From assembly GCA_044376455.1 (NCBI GenBank), contig JBIPMW010000308.1:8527-72526 (forward strand): 64,000 nucleotides of DNA, written 5' to 3'. Source of the DNA: Crocinitomicaceae bacterium. Its GTDB lineage: Bacteria; Bacteroidota; Bacteroidia; Flavobacteriales_D; Crocinitomicaceae. The notes beneath the pieces are model-generated. The model saw only the letters and a list, made by a program, of their open reading frames with translations. It was not told the DNA's origin and made no database searches. The position numbers were made by a program, and so were the translations under genes. Positions 10,181 through 18,005 of the stretch are shown here, in pieces (the first letter of the stretch is position 1; every line of letters begins with the position of its first letter).

Positions 10181-10907
10181 CGGCTACATTAGAAGAGAAT
10201 GGCGACGTTGCCATCGGTTTAATGTCGATCACATTGCCACTAATAGTTAGTGTGATATTCCCCTGTAAGAAATTACCTTTTTCTCCATTAACATTTTGGC
10301 TAACATTACACTGGAATCCTAGCCCGCCGCGTTGCCCCATATAGACAATCTCAAGATAAATTCGCTCACCTTTTTGCTCTGCGGCTTTAACAATTTCATA
10401 ACCAGGATCGCCAAATACAATCGCACCCGATACCGATCCGGTACTCATGATTTCGGAGATGAATTTTTCAACCGCAATTTCGGTGAAAACACTATCACTT
10501 ACCTCAGTAGTAGAAGTATCAACATTGAAGGTTTTTGCGCTTATAAGCGGAACCCAAGATTTAAGCGTGCATTTTTGCGCGGGGGTAGCAAGAGTAGCAG
10601 CGACCTTAGCCGGCTCGATCTGAATTGCTGTCTGAGTGGCTGTGGTTTTTGTGCGAACCACAACGTAGTCGTTGCTAGTAGCACCGAGATAAATTAGGTT
10701 GCCAGGGTAAAGGATTCTACCAAATCCCCCCGTAGCTACGGTAAGAGTAGTGTCTCCTAAAATAACCGCGGTAGCTAAATCAGCTACCCGCGTCGGAGGG
10801 TCTTCTCCGAACCCATAAACACCCGATATGAAAAATCGCGTATCACGAGACGGGGTGAGGTTGTCACTCCGATTGAGTTCTAAAATCTGATTACTCATTC
10901 TGATCAC
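10167..10907 (-). CDS. putative major tail (tube) protein
   Basis: 246-aa T/S/G/V-rich beta-type sequence. It sits between the neck proteins and the chaperone pair. Called by synteny only. Confidence 0.55.
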   Translation of the reverse strand: MIRMSNQILELNRSDNLTPSRDTRFFISGVYGFGEDPPTRVADLATAVILGDTTLTVATGGFGRILYPGNLIYLGATSNDYVVVRTKTTATQTAIQIEPAKVAATLATPAQKCTLKSWVPLISAKTFNVDTSTTEVSDSVFTEIAVEKFISEIMSTGSVSGAIVFGDPGYEIVKAAEQKGERIYLEIVYMGQRGGLGFQCNVSQNVNGEKGNFLQGNITLTISGNVIDIKPMATSPFSSNVADDLN

Positions 10908-10968
10908 TGACTAAACTTTTCTAGTTACATTGTACTATAAAGTTTAGAAAGTTTAGTATTTATGTACT

Positions 10969-11418
10969 CTAAAATCCTAAAAGCCTAGCAGTAGTGATTT
11001 TAAAGGTCGCTTTTGGTCTAATGATTCCCTCAGAAGTTTTGGTGTAGGGGGTTAGTCGGGGCTGATCTAGAAAATTCCAGTAGCGAGAAGATTTAAGTCT
11101 TTCGATTACCGGCGTTAGAGATTTCTCTAGATTATACTGTTTTAAAGTAATACAATAGTTATTTATACCTACGGTATAGCCTAATAGGTTTTCGTGATAG
11201 GGGTCGGGTTCCCTCTGAATAATTACCTCAATTCCACTATTAAGCTTTACTTTATAGTTAGCGGGTAGTTCGGGAGGCTCTACCCAGATAGCGTCTATTT
11301 CATTTAATTTTTGCCCTGTAGGGCTTGTTATTTCATATTTACCTAAGTCAGTACCAATAAGTATTTTTAAATTATTTCTAATACCGAGTAAAATATCTCT
11401 TAATTCTGATTCACTCAT
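10969..11418 (-). CDS. putative tail terminator / neck protein
   Basis: 149-aa ORF between the gp10-like protein and the tube protein. Called by synteny only. Confidence 0.35.
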   Translation of the reverse strand: MSESELRDILLGIRNNLKILIGTDLGKYEITSPTGQKLNEIDAIWVEPPELPANYKVKLNSGIEVIIQREPDPYHENLLGYTVGINNYCITLKQYNLEKSLTPVIERLKSSRYWNFLDQPRLTPYTKTSEGIIRPKATFKITTARLLGF

Positions 11419-11809
11419 TTAATTTTCCCTTTAAAATTTCACTATAAGCCTCAATTGGATTATAGTCTTCTATAGCTGTGTCTATAAAAGGACGGGCGGG
11501 AATATCTGTCACCGTTCCATCGTTACGCTCTATTTCGTATCCCTCATGAACGAGAGGTGCGTGTTCAGCCGTATAACCGATTACTTTATAGGTATCAGAT
11601 ACATCTTCAATAAATTGGCTATTTTTTAGCTCACCTGTATCTACAATGTCCCGAGGTGAGCCAACTACAGTATTATTTTTTCGCTCGGTTTCCCGCGGCC
11701 AAGGCCATTTAGTATCTTCTATCTGAAAGTTAATTTCTTGGGCAAATTCGTCCGTCATCTCATTAAAAGACTCAATCGCTAATTGTCTTCCTAGATTCCA
11801 GTTGATCAT
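11411..11809 (-). CDS. HK97 gp10-like tail completion / neck protein
   Basis: 132 aa with the ..DIPARPFIDTAIE.. motif typical of the HK97 gp10 family. It is the first gene of the tail block. Confidence 0.55.
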   Translation of the reverse strand: MINWNLGRQLAIESFNEMTDEFAQEINFQIEDTKWPWPRETERKNNTVVGSPRDIVDTGELKNSQFIEDVSDTYKVIGYTAEHAPLVHEGYEIERNDGTVTDIPARPFIDTAIEDYNPIEAYSEILKGKLNE

Positions 11810-11840
11810 TAAAAAATAGCTGTAAGGATAACTTACAGCT
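11810..11840 (-). terminator. intrinsic terminator hairpin directly upstream of tail block
   Basis: The minus strand reads AGCTGTAAG-TTATC-CTTACAGCT (9-bp stem) followed by ATTTTTTA, which abuts the ATG at 11809. Confidence 0.5.
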
Positions 11841-11866
11841 ATTATAACAATTTATTTTTATTAGTT

Positions 11867-12364
11867 TTAAGGAGTGATTTTTGATTTGCGTAACCAATAC
11901 GCTAATGCCGAATAACGAATTTCTATGTACTCAAAAACCATGTTAAACGTTACTTCTCTTTTAGATGCTAACACTTTTACCTCTTCTAGAGTTAGTTTAT
12001 AGCACTTTGCAAAGCTACGCAAGAAATCTGGGTCAACCTCTGTTAGTTGATTTATATCGTCTAAAGATAAATACCCTTTTCTTTTTATTTCTGAAAGGAT
12101 ACGCTTCATGTCTATAAGTACACCTCTACTATCAGAATACCGTTTATACCAAATCCAATCAGTAAAACGTTCAAAAAGGATTTTTGAACGTTTCCACCAG
12201 TCAATCTCTGTTGTGTCCACAAATGAACACTGTCTATGAGGCATACCCTTAAAATCAGGCGATGCAGGATGTTGATGCAAATATTTGAATCCTTGTTCAA
12301 AAGCTTCTGCTTCTGTCTCGTGGCGAGACACTAATTTATCATTCCAGTAAAATCTAATCATCAC
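11867..12364 (-). CDS. hypothetical protein, M-I-x-x-Y-W family paralog (long form)
   Basis: The N-terminus MMIRFYWNDKLVSRHETEAEAFEQGF is shared with the ORFs at 16750-17007 and 17188-17400. Confidence 0.6.
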   Translation of the reverse strand: MMIRFYWNDKLVSRHETEAEAFEQGFKYLHQHPASPDFKGMPHRQCSFVDTTEIDWWKRSKILFERFTDWIWYKRYSDSRGVLIDMKRILSEIKRKGYLSLDDINQLTEVDPDFLRSFAKCYKLTLEEVKVLASKREVTFNMVFEYIEIRYSALAYWLRKSKITP

Positions 12365-12373
12365 TACTCCTGC

Positions 12374-12745
12374 TTATTTTTTTGCTTCTATTAATTCATT
12401 GAAAGACTCAAACAACTCTTGGAACTTAGCTTTTCTCCATCCTTTCTGAATTTTAAAGAAAACTTGTAACTCACCGTTAATAGAGTCTGTGGTTTGTTTG
12501 TCGATGGTTTTGATTCCTTGAGTCAAGGAATCCGAAAAAGCCTCACAGTCTTGTGTATAAATTTTTTGAATATGCCACTGACCGTTACTTTTGATATATT
12601 TTACATCAAATACTATCGCCTGATAGCTATCGTAACTAATAGTTGCCCCAAAATAAATGCAATTTTTTGCAAACTTACACTTATCTTTTTCGGTTACATC
12701 AAACATACTTAAAACTTGTTCTTGAAACTCTTGAAACGATAACAT
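12374..12745 (-). CDS. hypothetical protein
   Basis: 123-aa ORF tightly packed in a co-oriented operon. GCAGGAG lies upstream of the next gene. Confidence 0.6.
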   Translation of the reverse strand: MLSFQEFQEQVLSMFDVTEKDKCKFAKNCIYFGATISYDSYQAIVFDVKYIKSNGQWHIQKIYTQDCEAFSDSLTQGIKTIDKQTTDSINGELQVFFKIQKGWRKAKFQELFESFNELIEAKK

Positions 12746-12764
12746 AATTACCTCTGTTAACTTG

Positions 12765-12995
12765 TTACTTTAGTTTAATAGTTTGACCAGTTTTAGCGTC
12801 TATAGCTTCAAAATACAATAAATCGTCCCTTTGATTGTAATATTCAAAAATTTCAGTAACATCAGCTTCTGTATTTATATTGTGGGAATATTCTTTACAC
12901 TTTCCATTCTTGTCGCGTATAATAGCCACAACAGTAGAAGTCTGATTTTTAGGATTGCCATTCTCATCTTTTTCTGCAAAGCTTAAGTGAAACAT
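12765..12995 (-). CDS. hypothetical protein
   Basis: 76-aa ORF with AGGAG about 8 nt upstream (..ACAGGAGTAATTATG). Confidence 0.55.
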   Translation of the reverse strand: MFHLSFAEKDENGNPKNQTSTVVAIIRDKNGKCKEYSHNINTEADVTEIFEYYNQRDDLLYFEAIDAKTGQTIKLK

Positions 12996-13017
12996 AATTA
13001 CTCCTGTTAATTTATCG

Positions 13018-13039
13018 CTGATTACTGACTACTGATAGC
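13018..13039 (-). repeat. CTGATAA-type heptamer tandem repeat, 3 imperfect copies
   Basis: ctgatta ctgacta ctgatag, lying between a stop codon and the next RBS. Confidence 0.7.
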
Positions 13040-13047
13040 TAAAACTA

Positions 13048-13311
13048 TTAAGCTTTACAATTTTGAAGAAAAGCCCATAAATAACTTTTATGTTTGTTAA
13101 AATTTTTCAACATCTCGTAAACTTTTTGAGTTTCAAAAACATACGGAAAAACATTAAGTGATGGTTCAAGATAAAATATTTTGCAGTAAAGTCCATCTTC
13201 ACTTATTAATAAATGATGGTCTAATTTTACTAGCATATTCTCTAGTTTTTCAGCAAATTCTTGTACGCTAGGGGTAAGAAGGCAAAAATCGAAAGCTTTG
13301 TAGAAAATCAT
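13048..13311 (-). CDS. hypothetical protein
   Basis: 87-aa ORF with ACAGGAG upstream. Confidence 0.55.
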   Translation of the reverse strand: MIFYKAFDFCLLTPSVQEFAEKLENMLVKLDHHLLISEDGLYCKIFYLEPSLNVFPYVFETQKVYEMLKNFNKHKSYLWAFLQNCKA

Positions 13312-13335
13312 TTGGAACTCCTGTTTATTTGTTGA

Positions 13336-13359
13336 TGATAACTGATAACTGATAACTGA
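13336..13359 (-). repeat. CTGATAA heptamer tandem repeat, 3.4 copies
   Basis: tgataac x3 followed by tga, in an intergenic position. Confidence 0.8.
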
Positions 13360-13366
13360 ATCTTGA

Positions 13367-13891
13367 TTATTTGTCGCAAACTACTCGAAAACCGATGTTT
13401 TCTGCTAATGTGTTGACGATATAAAAACGAGAATAGCAATAAGTAGGGTCGCGGTTCTTGGAACCGCCCCGCAACTTGGCTTCTTGAGTCATTTCCCAGA
13501 CATTGCCACTCATGTCATAAATTCCCCAAGCGTTAGGTAATTTCCGTCCCACAGGATGAGTTGTCTTCTGAGAATTCAATCCAACCAACCATAATCTTTC
13601 TAACCTATATAAATCATCACCAAAGCTAAATAGGGTTTCAGTCCCTGCCCGACAGGCGTATTCCCATTCTGCTTCCGTTGGTAAACGATAATTTTTACCA
13701 GTCATCTTCCTTAGTTTTTGGCAAAAAACTTTAGCTTGATCATAGCTAACATTTTCTACTGGATTTTGGGGATTGTTTTTAAACCAAGAGGGATTGGTTC
13801 CCATTACTGCTTCATATTGTTTTTGAGTCACTGGATATTTACCTATTGCAAAAGTTGCATCAGGAATCTCTACCATTTCAATCTCAATCAT
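13367..13891 (-). CDS. FGE-sulfatase (SUMF1/formylglycine-generating enzyme-like) domain protein
   Basis: Motifs YPVTQKQYEAVMG, RLPTEAEWEYACRAGT, GNVWEM, RGGS and GFRVV. At 174 aa it is shorter than typical FGE domains. Confidence 0.8.
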   Translation of the reverse strand: MIEIEMVEIPDATFAIGKYPVTQKQYEAVMGTNPSWFKNNPQNPVENVSYDQAKVFCQKLRKMTGKNYRLPTEAEWEYACRAGTETLFSFGDDLYRLERLWLVGLNSQKTTHPVGRKLPNAWGIYDMSGNVWEMTQEAKLRGGSKNRDPTYCYSRFYIVNTLAENIGFRVVCDK

Positions 13892-13923
13892 TGCTTTACT
13901 CCTAAATAATTGTCAACTAATAT

Positions 13924-13958
13924 CTGATAACTGACTACTGATAACTGATAACTGGAAA
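13924..13958 (-). repeat. CTGATAA heptamer tandem repeat, 5 copies
   Basis: ctgataa ctgacta ctgataa ctgataa ctggaaa. Confidence 0.8.
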
Positions 13959-14324
13959 CTAACTAATCTCTATACCGTTAGCGTCAGCAAAATCGTCAAT
14001 GTCCATAAACCACTCTTGCCAGTCATCAGGGTCGGACATACTTACTTTGTCAACTATCCACTGTCCTGGCTGTAAATATAGTCCTGCTCTCCACTTGTCA
14101 GGATAATTCTTTTTTTGAGAAGCGGTAGGAGTGAGGATAAATTGGAGAATCCCATTCCATTTACCTTTTTTGATGTTATAGAAACAGGACAAGGCATTAA
14201 TTAAGTCGTCGCACTCTTGCTGATAGTCAGCAAAGTTTTCGGGGAGTTTAAATTTGGGTCGCTTTTTAGTTGTCGGTTTAGGTTCTAGTTTAGTTTCTGG
14301 TTGAGGCTCTGATTGATTTTTTAG
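13959..14324 (-). CDS. ORF without its own ATG, in frame behind the TAA of the upstream gene (possible readthrough extension or nonsense-split gene)
   Basis: The 44 codons after TAA 14325-14327 are open and protein-like (LKNQSEPQPETKLEPKPTTKKRPKFKLPENF..). The only start candidate is a TTG at 14192 with no SD. Confidence 0.45.
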   Translation of the reverse strand, partial: LKNQSEPQPETKLEPKPTTKKRPKFKLPENFADYQQECDDLINALSCFYNIKKGKWNGILQFILTPTASQKKNYPDKWRAGLYLQPGQWIVDKVSMSDPDDWQEWFMDIDDFADANGIEIS

Positions 14325-15266
14325 TTACTTATTTTCCTGTTCCAATTTGTAGATACGAATGTGTAACTGAGTAACAGATTCGTTTAAGACTGCTATCTGA
14401 TTTGTTTCCTGTTGCATCAGATAAACCGCACATTCTAAATCGTGAACTTTTTGTTTTAAGTTGTCAATCCATGCTTCGTTGTATTCTTTGCTCTGTTCTA
14501 ATTCTTGATTTTTTTTCTCCAGAATTTCATTTTTTTGTTCTAGTTCCTCAACTAATTCCTTTAGCGTTGAGGCTTCGGTATGTATAGTTTGTGAGTGGGG
14601 TATTAAACTGGTAGTCCAATCATCCAGACCAGAAGATTCAGTTATAGGTACAGGTTCACTTAACAACATATCGACAAGCGCAACTTGCCGTTTTTCAGGA
14701 AAAGATAACTCATCATTGGTTTTTAATTCATTGTCAGTTTTTACTGCGTGAAACAGAAACTTATACTCAAGATAATCCCATAGATCATCAAAAAAACCAG
14801 TATCGATATTATCTAAGCTGCTAACTAGCGGTTGAATAAAGAATGATAAACATTCGCCATTCTTACGGATATTTACTATTTCGTCATTTTGTTGCTCAAT
14901 TAATAATTCTGAACGGCAATGACTAAAGTATGTACAATCAATTTCATCAAGTAAATCTTCAAGTTTTACAAGAAGCTTTTGATCTTCTGGAAGTGTGTAT
15001 TCACAATTATCAAGATAATCCCAAAGATCATAGCAGGAAAGCGCAAGCTCGTAATCATCTTCAAAGTTTTCTAATGCGTCAAAAAGCTTTTGAGTGTCAT
15101 AGTCTGCTAAGTAAACACCTCGATTTTTAACCGTAACGTAATCGCCGCTATTAGTGACTGATAATATTCCGTGTTTTCCCTCGAAATAGTTTCGGTTAAT
15201 TTCATTGAGATTGTCCTCAATACGTTTAATAATTGTCGATCTTTCGTAAAATTTGATGGAAGTCAT
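14325..15266 (-). CDS. hypothetical protein with duplicated N-domain and C-terminal coiled coil
   Basis: 313 aa. The N-domain (NEINRNYFEG..GILSVTNSG.YVTVK..ADYDTQKLFDALENF) is paralogous to 15391-15768. Preceded by promoter module copy 1. Confidence 0.7.
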   Translation of the reverse strand: MTSIKFYERSTIIKRIEDNLNEINRNYFEGKHGILSVTNSGDYVTVKNRGVYLADYDTQKLFDALENFEDDYELALSCYDLWDYLDNCEYTLPEDQKLLVKLEDLLDEIDCTYFSHCRSELLIEQQNDEIVNIRKNGECLSFFIQPLVSSLDNIDTGFFDDLWDYLEYKFLFHAVKTDNELKTNDELSFPEKRQVALVDMLLSEPVPITESSGLDDWTTSLIPHSQTIHTEASTLKELVEELEQKNEILEKKNQELEQSKEYNEAWIDNLKQKVHDLECAVYLMQQETNQIAVLNESVTQLHIRIYKLEQENK

Positions 15267-15298
15267 AATTTGTGTCCTTGTGGTTTGGTTACATTTCT

Positions 15299-15345
15299 AA
15301 TATATCCGATTCTCCCAATAAAGTCAACTATCTGGGTTAATTATT
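15299..15345 (-). promoter_or_regulatory. promoter/operator module copy 1
   Basis: Minus strand reads TTGACT, a 17-nt spacer, then TATATT. One arm of the flanking TCTCCCAA / TTGGGAGA inverted repeat is degenerate. Confidence 0.55.
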
Positions 15346-15362
15346 TCTGAACGTTTGTACTA

Positions 15363-15390
15363 CTGATAACTGGAAACTGGCAACTGGTAT
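15363..15390 (-). repeat. heptamer tandem repeat, 4 copies (ctgataa ctggaaa ctggcaa ctggtat)
   Basis: Read directly from the sequence, immediately upstream of promoter copy 1. Confidence 0.75.
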
Positions 15391-15768
15391 CTAACTAATT
15401 TCCATATTATTACTGTTTTCAGAAAAAGTTAATTCCTTCTCGGTTTTTAACTTGTTGTCAGATTCCTGATCTTCTGGCGTGCGCTTGCAATGATCTAAAT
15501 AGTTCCACAAATCATAAGGAAAAAGAAAGTCTCGATCTTCTTCACTAAAATTTTCTAGAGCGTCAAAAAGCTTTTGAGTGTCATAATCTGCAACAAAAAC
15601 CTCTTGACTTTTAACCGTAACGTAATTGCCGCTATTAGTGATGCTTAGTATTCCGTAAATTCCCTCGAAATAGTTTCGGTTAATTTCATTGAGATTTTTT
15701 TCGATATGCTTGATAAGTACCGATGTCTCATACTCGTAAAGTAACCAATCATCATCAATGGAAGTCAT
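15391..15768 (-). CDS. hypothetical protein, short paralog of 14325-15266
   Basis: Start moved to the internal ATG (MTSIDDDWLLYEYE) with AAGAGGA upstream. The longer track ORF would read through promoter copy 2. Confidence 0.65.
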   Translation of the reverse strand: MTSIDDDWLLYEYETSVLIKHIEKNLNEINRNYFEGIYGILSITNSGNYVTVKSQEVFVADYDTQKLFDALENFSEEDRDFLFPYDLWNYLDHCKRTPEDQESDNKLKTEKELTFSENSNNMEIS

Positions 15769-15802
15769 AACTTTGTCCTCTTGTGTTTGTTTGCTTGATT
15801 CT

Positions 15803-15850
15803 ATCTTACGATATTCTCCCAGAAATGTCAAGTATTTGGGAGAATTATTT
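15803..15850 (-). promoter_or_regulatory. promoter/operator module copy 2
   Basis: Minus strand reads TTGACA, a 17-nt spacer, then TAAGAT. The -35 sits inside the inverted repeat TTCTCCCA..TGGGAGAA. Confidence 0.6.
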
Positions 15851-16210
15851 CTGAACATTTGTACTACGTCTCTGCTTATAGCGTTTGTGTCGATCCCGTT
15901 TTCGCTTAGGATCAAGTTCTCGATGTTCTAGACAGTATCCAGAACTGTTACGGATAGTAAGTGGCGTAAACTTACCTAAAACTAAACAAGCGGCGCAGTA
16001 TCTAGTTTCAGGGATACTTATCTCTACAGAGAAATTAATCCCTTTTATTTCAGGCTGTTTATCACAGATTAAGGCTACTCTTGTTATGCCCAATAGAGAA
16101 TAATCTTGTAATTTAACAAGATTTAAGTTAGTGTCGATATTGTCGATTTTTTGAACAGAAGATTTTAAAACTTCAAAATCTTCCGATCTAAGAGACATAA
16201 TTAAGATCAT
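15845..16210 (-). CDS. hypothetical protein with basic C-terminal tail
   Basis: 121-aa ORF whose 3' end overlaps promoter copy 2. Confidence 0.45.
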   Translation of the reverse strand: MILIMSLRSEDFEVLKSSVQKIDNIDTNLNLVKLQDYSLLGITRVALICDKQPEIKGINFSVEISIPETRYCAACLVLGKFTPLTIRNSSGYCLEHRELDPKRKRDRHKRYKQRRSTNVQK

Positions 16211-16261
16211 AGCGTTGCTATTATAGATTAAATTAAGCAGTTTACTGACTTGCTTAGGTGA

Positions 16262-16621
16262 CTAAAATTTAATAGAGTGAATTTCGTCTCTGTTTTTTTT
16301 TCTTTTTGCCGAATCACATAAATCTATTTGTCGTGAAGCGATACTCTCCGCTTCTTTATCAACGACAAAAGCGTTAATCATCTCGATGTCAGGAGATTTC
16401 TGATTAGCGATAACAGAAGCATAATATTCCAAATCTCCACTGATAATATCATAACGTTCACCAACTTTTTTATTATCAGCTTTTTTGAGGATAACAGGGC
16501 GAATAAGTCCACCCATTTCAATAATAAGATTAGCTAAATTATCTAATTTAGTTTGAGAGAAAGTTTCTTCAAGAACGGAAGGATTGATATCAGCAATATC
16601 GACTTGTAAAAATTTCCACAT
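16262..16621 (-). CDS. ParB N-terminal (ParB/Srx) domain protein
   Basis: ..LANLIIEMGGLIRPVILKK....YDIISGDLEYYASVIA.. fits the ParB N-domain pattern. 119 aa. Confidence 0.55.
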   Translation of the reverse strand: MWKFLQVDIADINPSVLEETFSQTKLDNLANLIIEMGGLIRPVILKKADNKKVGERYDIISGDLEYYASVIANQKSPDIEMINAFVVDKEAESIASRQIDLCDSAKRKKNRDEIHSIKF

Positions 16622-16660
16622 TTATTTAACTCCTGAAACTTTGATTATGTGTCTAGATTT

Positions 16661-16705
16661 ATCTTATGATATTCTCCCATAAATGTCAAGTATATGGGAG
16701 AATCT
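16661..16705 (-). promoter_or_regulatory. promoter/operator module copy 3
   Basis: Minus strand reads TTGACA, a 17-nt spacer, then TAAGAT, with inverted repeat TCTCCCAT..ATGGGAGA. Confidence 0.6.
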
Positions 16706-16724
16706 TTTTTGAACGTTTGTACTA

Positions 16725-16740
16725 CTGATAACTGATTACT
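16725..16740 (-). repeat. CTGATAA heptamer repeat, 2 copies
   Basis: ctgataa ctgatta, upstream of promoter copy 3. Confidence 0.6.
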
Positions 16741-16749
16741 ATTTTTAGG

Positions 16750-17007
16750 CTATCCACAAGCTAACTGTATCTTGCTATTGGCAGGGTATGTGTCCCGCAA
16801 ATACTCAATAAATTCGCGATGGCTTGTACAAGAAACCCATAAACCGTATGTAAATTGAATGCTATTAAGCCACTGGGTGACTTCTTTGGGTGTTAGGTAT
16901 TTTTGAAAAAAATTATTTTTTTTCAAAAGAAGTGCGGCAGATTCAAAAGCTTTTCTTTTACTGTGATGCCGCGATACTATGTTGCCTTGCCAATAAACAG
17001 TGATCAT
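16750..17007 (-). CDS. hypothetical protein, M-I-x-x-Y-W family paralog
   Basis: Start moved to MITVYWQGNIVSRHHSKRKAFESA. The longer track ORF reads through promoter copy 4. Confidence 0.6.
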   Translation of the reverse strand: MITVYWQGNIVSRHHSKRKAFESAALLLKKNNFFQKYLTPKEVTQWLNSIQFTYGLWVSCTSHREFIEYLRDTYPANSKIQLACG

Positions 17008-17040
17008 TTTGTTTTCTCTGTGTGTTTTGTTTACATTTCT

Positions 17041-17085
17041 ATTATGGATCATTCTCCCAATAAAGTCAAGTATTTGGGAGAATCT
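17041..17085 (-). promoter_or_regulatory. promoter/operator module copy 4
   Basis: Minus strand reads TTGACT, a 17-nt spacer, then CATAAT, with inverted repeat ATTCTCCCAA..TTGGGAGAAT. Confidence 0.6.
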
Positions 17086-17105
17086 TTTTTGAACGTTTGT
17101 ACTAA

Positions 17106-17139
17106 TAAAAAAACACTTAACTTAGTTAAGTGTTTTTTT
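17106..17139 (-). terminator. bidirectional intrinsic terminator
   Basis: aaaaaaa-ACACTTAAC-tta-GTTAAGTGT-ttttttt. Confidence 0.7.
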
Positions 17140-17187
17140 ATTGCTTAGTCAGCAATATAAGAATTGCAATTTTATAAGAAGCCTACT

Positions 17188-17400
17188 TTAAATAGGTGTC
17201 CTCATTATGTATTCTGACCATTGCTTTTCAAACTGCTTGTTTAATTCTAGGTTGCAAGGATTTTTTGTGTCTAGAATAAAAAAATCAACCAAACAAAGTG
17301 GACGACTATCTTTTTTTGCATATTCATGCGCTTTTTTAAAAGCCGCTTTTTGAGTTTTAAATTTTGCTACAACTTTATTGTCCCAGTAAAGATGAATCAT
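17188..17400 (-). CDS. hypothetical protein, M-I-x-x-Y-W family paralog
   Basis: MIHLYWDNKVVAKFKTQKAAFKKA. 70 aa. Confidence 0.6.
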   Translation of the reverse strand: MIHLYWDNKVVAKFKTQKAAFKKAHEYAKKDSRPLCLVDFFILDTKNPCNLELNKQFEKQWSEYIMRTPI

Positions 17401-17434
17401 CGTCTTAATCCTTGCGTGTTTTGCTTACATCTTT

Positions 17435-17480
17435 AATATATCCGATTCTCCCAATAAAGTCAACAGATTGGGAGAATTAT
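17435..17480 (-). promoter_or_regulatory. promoter/operator module copy 5
   Basis: Minus strand reads TTGACT, a 17-nt spacer, then TATATT, with inverted repeat TCTCCCAA..TTGGGAGA. Confidence 0.6.
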
Positions 17481-17514
17481 TTCTGAACGCTTGTACTAAG
17501 TATATTTACTCGTT

Positions 17515-17955
17515 ATTATTGTAGATAGATTGTAGATAGGGTGATCGACAATCAAAAGCCTTATAGAGTATAGGTTTTAAGGTTTGTAGATAATGTCGAT
17601 GGACTATAGAGGAAAAAAAGAAAAACAAAAGAATAAACCAGACTGGACAATAAAAAGACTGCAAAAGAAACAAGCAAGGTCAGCAGTAAGGCTGTTAGAT
17701 TGTAATTCGATTGTTAATAACCTTATCTACAATCGAAAGTCTTGCAGGGTATAGGTTTCGAGGTTTGTTTATCTTGTCGATGCCCTATACAGGGGAGAGA
17801 AAAGATAGGGAGAGATAAACGAACTGGACAATAAGGAAGGATAAAAAATCCTGACACGGGGAAATAGAGTAACAATATAAACAAAGTCTAGAAACTATAT
17901 ATATCAATGCTTTTCATTGTTGATCATCTTATCTACAGTCTAATTACAAACTAGC
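17515..17955. repeat. ORF-free repeat arm R1 (TTGTAGATA 9-mers, two ~75-80-bp units, TATATATATCAA motif)
   Basis: Exact 9-mers at 17519, 17530 and 17584, plus a reverse-complement copy at 17724. Units at 17547-17620 and 17723-17805 match R3 units in inverted orientation. Confidence 0.8.
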
Positions 17956-17958
17956 AAA

Positions 17959-17986
17959 ATAACCCCTATGAGTCCATAGGGGTTAT
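17959..17986 (-). terminator. intrinsic terminator after antirepressor-like gene
   Basis: ATAACCCCTATG-agtc-CATAGGGGTTAT with T-rich flanks. Confidence 0.7.
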
Positions 17987-18005
17987 TTGGGTTTAGGTAT
18001 TTTTA

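Noticed and set aside
12112-12300. Same-strand nested alternative-frame ORFs appear here and at 20273-20527, 36157-36351 and 53028-53291. Antisense ORFs appear at 9488-9691, 10332-10697, 21175-21456, 25668-25951 and 27238-27627, among others.
   Set aside because: All lie entirely inside better-supported genes and have biased, low-complexity composition typical of off-frame translation.
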